Assembly: GCA_913043255.1 (NCBI GenBank)
Contig: CAJWLK010000011.1
Span: forward strand, 11,170 to 75,169
Direction: 5' to 3'
DNA from: an uncultured Gemmatimonadota bacterium
Lineage (GTDB): Bacteria; Gemmatimonadota; Gemmatimonadetes; Palauibacterales; Palauibacteraceae
DNA: 64,000 nt
The position numbers and the translations under genes were made by a program. The notes beneath the pieces were generated by a model. That model ran no database searches and was not told the DNA's origin. It was given only the letters and a program-made list of their open reading frames with translations. Positions 1 to 8,101 of this stretch are shown here, piece after piece; the stretch's first letter is position 1, and each line of letters begins with the position of its first letter.

Positions 1-544
1 GATACAAGCCACGGTGGGTGGCGAGCAGGAGTGCCCATTCTTCTTGAGTCCTCCGCTGGGTGATCACACGCCCCATACTATGGCACTGTATGCATGTAAA
101 TTCGACGTTGTCATCACCCTGATAGTCATAATCAATTAAGCGACGTTCGACTTCGAATCGCCCAGGTTCTAGCTCTTCAGGTGCCAACCCTTGTCGGTTG
201 GATAGATAGCGAACGACTTCGCGGGCTTCTGCGGGCTCTAGCCGCACGTTATTGAGAGCGACCATACGTCGGATCGAGGTTTGCCAACCTTCGGGTGTCT
301 TCCGCTCAAAGGATATGCGGCTCATTCGCCCCTGTTCGTCTTGTTCATGACACCGTTCGCACTGGGCGATGACCGTCTCATTGTCGATCGGATACCCTTC
401 ATCCCCCACTCCAAAGGATGAAGTGCCGTGTTCATTCGCTAAGGTCATGCCTGGAACGGGTGGTTCCAGTCGTGAAGCCGCGAGCACAGTGATGCCAAGG
501 GCCGAAACGATGGCTAGGCTAGCAAAGTGGACACGTTGTGTCAT
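1..544 (-). CDS. qhpA: Quinohemoprotein amine dehydrogenase alpha subunit (di-heme c), N-terminal part; runs off the left edge
   Basis: Manual translation from ATG at 544 (GGAGG just upstream): MTQRVHFASLAIVSALGITVLAA...QCERCHEQDEQGRMSRISFERKTPEGWQTSIRRM...YLSNRQGLAPEE...TCIQCHSMGRVITQRRTQEEWALLLATH. It has a signal peptide, two CxxCH motifs (347-361 and 80-94) and the RKTPEGW..RM motif of QHNDH alpha subunits. Absent from the ORF track because it is truncated. Confidence 0.9.
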   Translation of the reverse strand, partial: MTQRVHFASLAIVSALGITVLAASRLEPPVPGMTLANEHGTSSFGVGDEGYPIDNETVIAQCERCHEQDEQGRMSRISFERKTPEGWQTSIRRMVALNNVRLEPAEAREVVRYLSNRQGLAPEELEPGRFEVERRLIDYDYQGDDNVEFTCIQCHSMGRVITQRRTQEEWALLLATHRGLY

Positions 545-610
545 CGATCCTCCATTCTTGATCGACTTATGGTGCGAACGCGTTCGCTTGAGCGCCAGTC
601 TTTGGAGACA

Positions 611-2155
611 TCAGTTTTCATTTGGCAGCTCATCTAGCTTGAGAAATCCGGCCCCGACAGTTGCTGCAAGTGCAGCCAAAAAGTCGGCCAGATCTACAGG
701 AGTACCTGCTGCATTATATGCAGAGAAGAAGTCCGGCACCTGGGTTTGGTGGGGTCCTAATTCGACGAGACGGCGCAAATCTACGTTACGTATGAAACGG
801 GTGCCCTGAGGTAATGTCTTTGACGTGAGGTGTGGTTCCAGGGCGATCTGGTTGCCAACTACAGCAGGTTTGGTTGTGATCCCGAGAGTTGGACCCGGCT
901 GCAAGGCGATATTAGGCCGCGTGCGAATTTCCTCGTAAACGGTGCGGACCACTGGATCTCCCACGAACTTCTCTGCCTCTCGCTCGGCGTTTGCACGATC
1001 ATAGGGGTCGTCGACAGTCTCATCGTGCACGTGTTTGGATTCAGTTCCGCTTGCCGCTCGTGCTGCTATGGCACGCGCTTCCCAGAATGCGTGTCCGTGA
1101 GCGTCCAGGGCCTGTTCCAGAAACGGAACTGAGCGCGCACGGTATGTTTCGTACACTTCTTTCTCGCGCGCATCGAAGAAATCGATTGCCGTGCTTGCCA
1201 TCGTTTCATCACTGAGTGCCGTATGCACAACCACAGCGGCTAACCACGCTGACGATAGCGCTTTTTTTACGCCGTACGACGAGAGAGGATCGATGGCAGA
1301 TCCTGCATCGCCTACAAGTAGTAAGCCAGGTTGCCCGAACTTGCTCGCTCCGTATACCGATGCTGCACACGCGCGCGTTGCCCCAATCACCTGACCTCTA
1401 CTTAGTCGGTCAGAAAGTTGATGGGCCTTTGCGAGTTCAGACCGTAACATCCCGTCAAGCCCTAGCTCTCGACGTATCTCAGTCCGGCGCGGGTCAACCA
1501 TGACTGTTACGCATCGAGTAGTCTCAGAAGTGGGAACAGACCAGGCCCAACCGTCTTTATAGCTTTCCACGAGAGTCAGTGAGTGGTCTTTGGCATCCGG
1601 AGCCGTATCTTCCCATTGTCCTACGAGGGCAAGCGTAGTTGTGTCACGTTCGCGGATCCGCATATCGTGACGGGCGACTACCCCACTCCGACCGGATGCG
1701 TCCAGTACCCACCGTGCACGATGAGTTGATGTGCCGGCCTCCACGTGCCACCCCTCGGGTTCTTTCCTGACACTCCGAACCGGTGCGTCGGAACAAACGA
1801 ATGTTCCAACTTTATTAGCTAGGTCTAGGAGAGCGCCCTCAAGTCCACCACGGTCCACATGAAAACCACTTTGACCTCGCGGAAATTGTTCCAATCGTTC
1901 CGGACCTCCCGCCCACCAGACCATATTCCCCTCGTTAGGGATGAATCGCGCCGCTTCCACGGCCTCTAGCGCTCCCACCTGTATCAGGAGTTTACGGGCC
2001 GACGCGGGAATCGATTCAGCGAGCCACGCCACCGTTGGAGTCGGGCGTGTTAGGAGTGCCACGTCGTGACCTTGCGATGTGAGCAAGGTCGCGACGGCAG
2101 CTCCACCGGGTCCTCCGCCGATCACGATAACATCGCGCATGATCGATTGTGTCAT
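611..2155 (-). CDS. qhpG: FAD-dependent monooxygenase of the halogenase-like superfamily, probable QhpG (CTQ cofactor biogenesis)
   Basis: GGGPGG FAD motif, DASGR, GWAWSVP, GDA..IDPLSSYGV and a small extra C-terminal domain; lies directly upstream of and co-oriented with qhpA. Confidence 0.75.
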   Translation of the reverse strand: MTQSIMRDVIVIGGGPGGAAVATLLTSQGHDVALLTRPTPTVAWLAESIPASARKLLIQVGALEAVEAARFIPNEGNMVWWAGGPERLEQFPRGQSGFHVDRGGLEGALLDLANKVGTFVCSDAPVRSVRKEPEGWHVEAGTSTHRARWVLDASGRSGVVARHDMRIRERDTTTLALVGQWEDTAPDAKDHSLTLVESYKDGWAWSVPTSETTRCVTVMVDPRRTEIRRELGLDGMLRSELAKAHQLSDRLSRGQVIGATRACAASVYGASKFGQPGLLLVGDAGSAIDPLSSYGVKKALSSAWLAAVVVHTALSDETMASTAIDFFDAREKEVYETYRARSVPFLEQALDAHGHAFWEARAIAARAASGTESKHVHDETVDDPYDRANAEREAEKFVGDPVVRTVYEEIRTRPNIALQPGPTLGITTKPAVVGNQIALEPHLTSKTLPQGTRFIRNVDLRRLVELGPHQTQVPDFFSAYNAAGTPVDLADFLAALAATVGAGFLKLDELPNEN

Positions 2156-2246
2156 AGGGCTTGGTGTGCAACTAATCCGACGGCAGCTCGCCTTGACCTT
2201 CGCGGTCTCAGGTTCACACGATGCGCGGACGGCCGAGTTGAGAAGT

Positions 2247-3272
2247 CTATCGTCGGACGTATTTACGTAGTTGGCGTGGACCTACCTCAGCTCCGTATAC
2301 GTTCCCTTGTGCGTCGACAGCCACGCCTTCGGCTGCAGTTGTACCAGCGTTATCTGGATCTGGTTCGGGGTCTGGGATGAAGGCAGTTATAAATCCATCA
2401 ATAGCGCTTCCGACTCGGATTCCTCGTTTCCAACCAGGATTTCTCCCCCAGGTAGCGTTGGATTCAGAATCGGCCGAATAGAGGATGTCATTGACGTCTA
2501 TGAAAAGACCACTAGGTCGTCCAAACTGTGTCCAAGTAGCGATGTGCTCACCGTCTTGAGTGAAAATTTGGAGGCGGGAGTTACCACGATCGCCCACAAA
2601 CAATCTTCCCTGAGAGTCCATGGCGAGCGCGTGAGGGTCACGAAACTCTCCATCTTCTGCACCAGTTTGGCCCCATGTCTTCATGAAGGTTCCATCGCTA
2701 TGGAACTTTACCACGCGATTGTTGCCACCGGATCCGTGCCCATCGACGACAAAGATGTCACCATTCGGTGCCACGAGGACGTCCGAAGGGCCGTTGAATT
2801 CGTTTGATCCGTCACCCGCTACGCCAGCTGTTCCGAGGCTCATAAGTAGTTCACCTTCGGGACTGAACTTGTGAACCTGGTGTCCCTTGTCACCCTCTCC
2901 CCTCGCATCGGTAATCCACACGTTGCCATCGAAATCGACATGAATGCCGTGAGGCCACACGATCATTCCCGCCCCAAAGCTCCGTACCAGGTTGCCGTCA
3001 GGATCGAATAGGAGGACGGAGTCTAGGTCATCGCGGCCAACACAGCTGTTTGCCTCACACCGTTCTCCGACCCAGATGTGCCGACCATCAATGTCAGGGT
3101 AGACGGCGCTAGTGGCTCCCCACGCACGGCCAGTCTCCATCTTCGCCCATCCATCGACAATCGTATATGGGTTCGGGGCGTAATTTTGTGCCTCTATGAT
3201 ATTGGGGCCTGCAAAGAGCAAGGTGGCCCATGCGAAAACGTCAAGACGAAATGGACGTGTATTGATCATCAC
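2247..3272 (-). CDS. Secreted NHL-repeat beta-propeller, peptidyl-alpha-hydroxyglycine alpha-amidating lyase (PAL)-like
   Basis: Signal peptide; NHL repeats (WPHGIHVDFDGNVWITD, FNGPSDVLVAPNGDIFVVDG, FRDPHALAMDSQGRLFVGDRGNSRLQIF). Confidence 0.8.
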   Translation of the reverse strand: MMINTRPFRLDVFAWATLLFAGPNIIEAQNYAPNPYTIVDGWAKMETGRAWGATSAVYPDIDGRHIWVGERCEANSCVGRDDLDSVLLFDPDGNLVRSFGAGMIVWPHGIHVDFDGNVWITDARGEGDKGHQVHKFSPEGELLMSLGTAGVAGDGSNEFNGPSDVLVAPNGDIFVVDGHGSGGNNRVVKFHSDGTFMKTWGQTGAEDGEFRDPHALAMDSQGRLFVGDRGNSRLQIFTQDGEHIATWTQFGRPSGLFIDVNDILYSADSESNATWGRNPGWKRGIRVGSAIDGFITAFIPDPEPDPDNAGTTAAEGVAVDAQGNVYGAEVGPRQLRKYVRR

Positions 3273-3360
3273 AACTCTCCCTCCGGTGGGGCATAGGTGT
3301 ACGGTGTTTTAATGAATTCAGACTGACATTCGCTCGTTGGGCACCGCTTCTGAAGTATAG

Positions 3361-3395
3361 AAAACGCCCCCAGCCAACTAGGATGGGGCCGTTTT
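3361..3395 (-). terminator. Intrinsic terminator-like hairpin downstream of the lectin-like gene
   Basis: AAAACGCCCCCA...TGGGGCCGTTTT imperfect GC stem flanked by A/T tracts, about 36 nt after the stop of 3432..4118. Confidence 0.6.
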
Positions 3396-3431
3396 AGGCC
3401 AGCTGGTAGCGGTGTCGTTACTAGCGTTCGG

Positions 3432-4118
3432 TCAAGGTGATACGTATTCCTTCGCCGCTCGGAGTTGGACAAGGCCACCCGGTCCATCTGTCGCAAAACA
3501 GTAGAATCGTCCATCTCCTCCGGTCCCTCTCAAAGCTTCTAAGCTGCACCCTCGCGAACCATGGGCAGAATTGAATGAGCTTGGGTTCTGCCCGCCTCCT
3601 TGTCGGTCATGGTGTCCAACGAGTGCGCTCCCCTCATCGCTGGATGTCCAATTGTTGCATGTCGTGTCATCACTCGAACTCGACGCGTTACCATTCATCA
3701 GTGCTCCGGTGAGGATGTCATGCATGTTGGGTTGATCGCCACGGCCATTCACCTCGTCACCCATCTCGGTAAGTATGGTACCCTTGGTGAGGTTTGGGCC
3801 GTTGCTATGGAGGTGCTCTACGTCTCTTGCTACCAATGTCCCCTCAAAATTGTGCCATGGTCCATTGCCGATTCGATCGCGAGCGTTGACGCTCCCAGGG
3901 CCCGTCGTGCTCAAATATGCGCGCCATGTCAAATCGCCAACCCCTGCAGCGTCGGCGAGCGTTTCACAATAGGCGTCGGCGCCTGCGAGGCCTCCAAGAT
4001 CCGCACCACTTCCTGGGTTAGCACTTGTTATGAAGAAGCTCATGTTCTCGTTCTGCCCCGATACCCCTTGGGTGAGGAAAACTAGCAGGATCATAGAAAG
4101 CGAGATTGCCCGAATCAT
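3432..4118 (-). CDS. Secreted lectin/endostatin-like (DUF1554-like) Cys-containing protein
   Basis: Signal peptide; motifs SFFITS, GLAGADAYC, WRAYLS, NARDRIGNGPW, HDILTG, CNNWTS, GHHDR, FYCFA; CAGGAG RBS. Confidence 0.7.
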   Translation of the reverse strand: MIRAISLSMILLVFLTQGVSGQNENMSFFITSANPGSGADLGGLAGADAYCETLADAAGVGDLTWRAYLSTTGPGSVNARDRIGNGPWHNFEGTLVARDVEHLHSNGPNLTKGTILTEMGDEVNGRGDQPNMHDILTGALMNGNASSSSDDTTCNNWTSSDEGSALVGHHDRQGGGQNPSSFNSAHGSRGCSLEALRGTGGDGRFYCFATDGPGGLVQLRAAKEYVSP

Positions 4119-4252
4119 GTATTACTCCTGTCCTGGTTTCTTAGCATACGTCAGTATTAATACTGTCCAACCCCACCCCTGGTTCAAATGAATCTATAGG
4201 GAAAGTTAGCGAGCCGGATCCATTCTGCGACAGAGGTCTTGCCCAGAATTGA

Positions 4253-5698
4253 TCAAGTTCGATCGACACTCTTTGTTACAGACTTCTCTTTGTTCTCGGC
4301 ATGCAACATTCGTCTGAAAGGATGACTGAGGAGCCATGCGCTGCCTCCGATAATCACGGCCAGCATTAGCCACCGCATTAGGTTCGCGAGTAGTGCTAGA
4401 TCGACGGCAGGCCAATGGAATTCGTATTGCAGTAACTGTGACCCTCGGTCAGTCATCCAATGCCATCCAGTATGAGCGATTAGAGCCGATAGTAGGATCG
4501 TTCCGATCCGCTCAGCGACCACTTTACGGAAGATGAACTCCACCACAGGCACAGTGATCATGACCACAAAAATTTGTCCCAACTCCACGCCGATATTGAA
4601 AGAAAACAGAGAAGTCAGGAGGTGCGAGCCAGCGAACTGAAGTGACTCGCTTAGCGCAAACGAGAAACCAAACCCATGGACGAGGCCGAATCCGAATGCA
4701 AGAAGCCAGCGCTTCCGAGGTCGCGCGCCTACGATGTTTTCCAGTGCCATGTACACGATTGAAAGCGCGATCAATGTCTCGATCAGGGGAGGGAACCAGA
4801 GCGCTCTGGGAGCGATCCCAAATGCAGAGGCGATTAACGTGATCGAATGAGCAACAGTGAATGACGTGATGACTGGAATGAGACCGCGAAGTCGCCGGAA
4901 GGGGATGACTAGGCAGAAAAGAAAAAGAAGGTGATCGAGCCCATCTAGGATATGGGTGAAACCGAGCCGAATAAACGCAAGCGTAGCTTGGTGCCATCTA
5001 GGATCAAGCCTGACGAGTCCCGGATCACCCGTGTATTGGAACGCCCGTTCAGATCGTCCAGGCGGCAAGAGCCGGAGAACCGTCACAGTTCTCAACCCAA
5101 GGTGAGCAAACCCCGGATTGATTGAGAAGCGAGATTGGTCCGATTTGATGTCGTATTCGAGCAGCACGTCGAGGATCGCTTGCTGCCATGGTATTTCGAC
5201 ATCTGGCCCTAAGGTTGGGCCTAGAATGTGAGCTAAGGCCGCTTCGTATGTCGCAAAAGACTTGTCGGATGGTAATGAGATGCGCGTTTTGATGATTTTT
5301 GGCTTTGTTAGGCGACGATCTTCTTCGAAGAAGGCGACGTAGTCGGCGATCCAAAGCTGGGTAGCATCACGCAGGTAAGAATCCACAGCTGTCAGATCCA
5401 GATATCCTGGCCCATGCTGGGGAAACTCTATATCGCGCATAGCCTCAAGAGGGACTCTGACTAGAAAGCGAAGTCGCCCCCCTTCGGGCTTCACAAATGT
5501 CTGGATGGTTACATCTGATGGGATTTCGTGGAGAACGTTTCTCGCCCCTGTCTCATACTTCTCTGACCTGGGCGAGTCGAATGTTGTGGCTAAAGCTGAG
5601 GAAGAAATGAACAGTATGCCCGCGATACTTATAGGCACAGCTCCCTTTATAACAGCTTGATTTCTTTGGTTTTTGCCCACGAGTCCCTTACGCTCCAT
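4253..5698 (-). CDS. HupE/UreJ-family membrane protein with N-terminal periplasmic domain
   Basis: GFTHILDGLDHLLF, FTVAHSITL, FGLVHGFGF and FNIGVELGQ motifs; multiple TM helices. Confidence 0.85.
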   Translation of the reverse strand: MERKGLVGKNQRNQAVIKGAVPISIAGILFISSSALATTFDSPRSEKYETGARNVLHEIPSDVTIQTFVKPEGGRLRFLVRVPLEAMRDIEFPQHGPGYLDLTAVDSYLRDATQLWIADYVAFFEEDRRLTKPKIIKTRISLPSDKSFATYEAALAHILGPTLGPDVEIPWQQAILDVLLEYDIKSDQSRFSINPGFAHLGLRTVTVLRLLPPGRSERAFQYTGDPGLVRLDPRWHQATLAFIRLGFTHILDGLDHLLFLFCLVIPFRRLRGLIPVITSFTVAHSITLIASAFGIAPRALWFPPLIETLIALSIVYMALENIVGARPRKRWLLAFGFGLVHGFGFSFALSESLQFAGSHLLTSLFSFNIGVELGQIFVVMITVPVVEFIFRKVVAERIGTILLSALIAHTGWHWMTDRGSQLLQYEFHWPAVDLALLANLMRWLMLAVIIGGSAWLLSHPFRRMLHAENKEKSVTKSVDRT

Positions 5699-5875
5699 TA
5701 GTCTCGCACTTCTCGTATTTTCCCATGCAGTCTATTTTCTTACGGTGCTGATGAGAACGATTAAAGGCCGTGTGCGCTATATTGGCCTCGTTTCGGGTGT
5801 CTGGACGAACCCGGACTGGGTATGTAGCGTGGAGGTTAGGAAACACTTCGAGTTTTGGAAGGAGATGCAAGAATT

Positions 5876-7057
5876 ATGAGTAAACGCACCCTAAGCACCG
5901 TGGCCGTCTTGGTTGGACTTGTTGTTGCTCTTGGGTGGGGCCAATCAGCCCTAAACGGAGTAGCGGAGGTCTCCGAGACTCGGGTTGAAGCCCCTATGTT
6001 TGAGGTGGACCCGCTGTGGCCCAAGCCGCTTCCAAACCACTGGATCCTAGGGTCCACGATTGGTGTCGGCGTCGACTCGCGCGATTACGTGTATATCATC
6101 CATCGCGGTAACGGCAATGAGCGGACGGAGTTGGGTGCGCAACAAGATCCTCCGACAGGAGAGTGCTGTGTTGCGGCTCCACCAGTTCTTGTGTTCGACC
6201 CCGAGGGGAACCTTGCTGATTCCTGGGGTGGGCCAGGTGACGGATATGATTGGCCTTCGTCCAACCATGGGATCACCATTGATCACATGGATAACGTTTG
6301 GATCGGGGGAAACGGCGCGGACTCTCACATCCTCAAGTTCACGCGAGATGGGCAGTTCCTGGCACAATATGGTGAAGTAGGAAAGGAAATCGATAGCAAT
6401 AGTACGACACACTTTGGACGGGTAGCCAAGATTTCTTTTGATGCAGCAGCGAACGAAGCATATCTGGCTGACGGATATGGGAATAAGCGAGTGGCCGTAC
6501 TCGACGCGTCAACTGGAGAATTCAAACGGTACTGGGGGGCCTACGGGAATACGCCAGACGACACGAACATGGGTCCATACGATCCGGATGCTCCGTTGAT
6601 TCAACAGTTCCGGACTCCTGTCCACTGCGCGGAACCAACGTTCGATGGATTGGTCTACGTTTGCGATCGTCCTAACGACCGAGTTCAAGTATTCAAGACG
6701 GACGGAACATTTGTGAACGAGGTTCGCATTGCCCCCCGCACGCTTGGCGATGGATCGACATGGGATATCGCTTTTTCACGCGACCCCGAGCAGAAGTTTA
6801 TGTATCTGGCCGATGGTAAGAATATGAAGGTCTATATCATGGAGCGGGCATCACTCGAGATTGTCACGAGCTTCGGGGATGGTGGACGACAGCCGGGTCT
6901 TTTCTTCGCAGTTCACAGCATTGCGACCGACTCTGAGGGTAACATCTTCACTACAGAGACGTACGAGGGGAAGCGAGTTCAGAAGTTTACGTACATGGGG
7001 ATGGGGCCAGTTACGGAAAAGAACCAAGGGGCTCCATGGCCGAGTGGCTCGCAGTAG
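5876..7057 (+). CDS. Secreted NHL-repeat PAL-like beta-propeller
   Basis: ATG at 5876 after AAGGAG; signal peptide; NHGI, ADGYGNKR, VHC, DRPNDRVQVF and VHSIATD motifs. Confidence 0.8.
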   Translation: MSKRTLSTVAVLVGLVVALGWGQSALNGVAEVSETRVEAPMFEVDPLWPKPLPNHWILGSTIGVGVDSRDYVYIIHRGNGNERTELGAQQDPPTGECCVAAPPVLVFDPEGNLADSWGGPGDGYDWPSSNHGITIDHMDNVWIGGNGADSHILKFTRDGQFLAQYGEVGKEIDSNSTTHFGRVAKISFDAAANEAYLADGYGNKRVAVLDASTGEFKRYWGAYGNTPDDTNMGPYDPDAPLIQQFRTPVHCAEPTFDGLVYVCDRPNDRVQVFKTDGTFVNEVRIAPRTLGDGSTWDIAFSRDPEQKFMYLADGKNMKVYIMERASLEIVTSFGDGGRQPGLFFAVHSIATDSEGNIFTTETYEGKRVQKFTYMGMGPVTEKNQGAPWPSGSQ

Positions 7058-7110
7058 CCATTCTGACAAGACGGAATTTTTTGTGGGTGAAGGGCCCGGT
7101 ACGGATTAAT

Positions 7111-7140
7111 TTGGATGAGGTCCGACGCCGGCTCATCTAA
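7111..7140. terminator. Hairpin between convergent genes
   Basis: TTGGATGAG...CTCATCTAA inverted repeat between the stops at 7057 and 7161. Confidence 0.35.
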
Positions 7141-7160
7141 TCAAATGTTTTGGGAGTAAA

Positions 7161-7856
7161 CTAAGGCCGAAATCCACGGTTGCCGCCGAAGCTTCCGATG
7201 CGGCCTGTCGGGAAAGAGGCTCCTCGTCCCTGTAGGCCAGATATCCGGCCTGCAGGGTCTATCAGTCCGATTGATATGCAGTCGCCCCCTCGACCTCGGC
7301 CGATGGAGGATCCTCCCCTCCCGCCCCGTCCAGTTCCAAATCGACCCGTGTTTCCTTGCCCATCGAAACTCGTAGTTGATCCCGCGGCGCTACCCGTTCG
7401 AAGGATGATTCCACGGTTCGGTCGTTTTTCACCGTGGTTGACAAGGGTGAAACCGGGTAAGGCTAGGGGAGCTTCTTCTAGAAAGGCCAATTCTAGCCCG
7501 GTCGTGGGTAAGGCAGGTGCCGAAGCGAGCGGCGGTACGGTGGGTCTCTCTTCTCTATTAGTGTCTGCCACTCGGCCACCTTCTGATCCGCTCGAACGGA
7601 CCAATGTCGGTGGTTGAATTTGAATAACCTGAATCAACCGTTTGGCCGAGCTTTCTTTGTCTGCGACAGGAATTGATTGCATAGCGACTGTTTCTGCAGG
7701 TGGCGGCTCTAAAATTCCGACTTGCCCCCATACAAGGATCCCGGCGTGAAGAAGTGACGAAATTGCGAAGCAGATTGCTAATCGCGTCCGCGTCGCCCCG
7801 GAGTCTAACTTCTGTAGGTGTCGGATTCGCGAAGCGCCTTCTAAATCATCAATCAA
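7161..7856 (-). CDS. Hypothetical membrane-anchored protein: TonB/TolA-like anchor, Pro-rich linker, Gly/Arg-rich tail
   Basis: Single TM segment AISSLLHAGILVW with SxxxH-type spacing; Pro-rich middle; GRGGRGG...GRGRGG tail. Start codon uncertain. Confidence 0.55.
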   Translation of the reverse strand: MIDDLEGASRIRHLQKLDSGATRTRLAICFAISSLLHAGILVWGQVGILEPPPAETVAMQSIPVADKESSAKRLIQVIQIQPPTLVRSSGSEGGRVADTNREERPTVPPLASAPALPTTGLELAFLEEAPLALPGFTLVNHGEKRPNRGIILRTGSAAGSTTSFDGQGNTGRFGTGRGGRGGSSIGRGRGGDCISIGLIDPAGRISGLQGRGASFPTGRIGSFGGNRGFRP

Positions 7857-8101
7857 TGGTATTCGCCTTAGCCAAAAGAGGTCTGTGGTCCGGGACCCAA
7901 ATTCCCTTCTCAGATTCAGAAAAGTGCATGCCCTAACTACATAGACGAGACAAACCTACAAACCGTCACACTCTGGATAACCACTTTTCCCCGTTGGCAT
8001 GCACCGACACATTTATCAGAAGGATTGTTTTTAGGAGACTAAATCTTTGGGACGAAATTCGGCCCAAGACTAACTCCATCACATAGTTAAGACCTCTACA
8101 A

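Noticed and set aside
369..809. 146-aa plus-strand ORF
   Set aside because: Antisense shadow of qhpA and qhpG with no recognisable motifs.
611..2155. Call as tryptophan halogenase of a natural-product cluster
   Set aside because: The catalytic Lys appears absent, no NRPS/PKS or flavin reductase is nearby, and the qhpA context favours QhpG.
3269..3514. 81-aa ORF as a possible QhpC or RiPP precursor
   Set aside because: Overlaps the lectin-like gene and a terminator hairpin, and lacks the Cys/Asp/Glu/Trp pattern of QHNDH gamma subunits.
7972..7980. DnaA-box-like TCTGGATAA
   Set aside because: A single mismatched copy with no box cluster or origin context.
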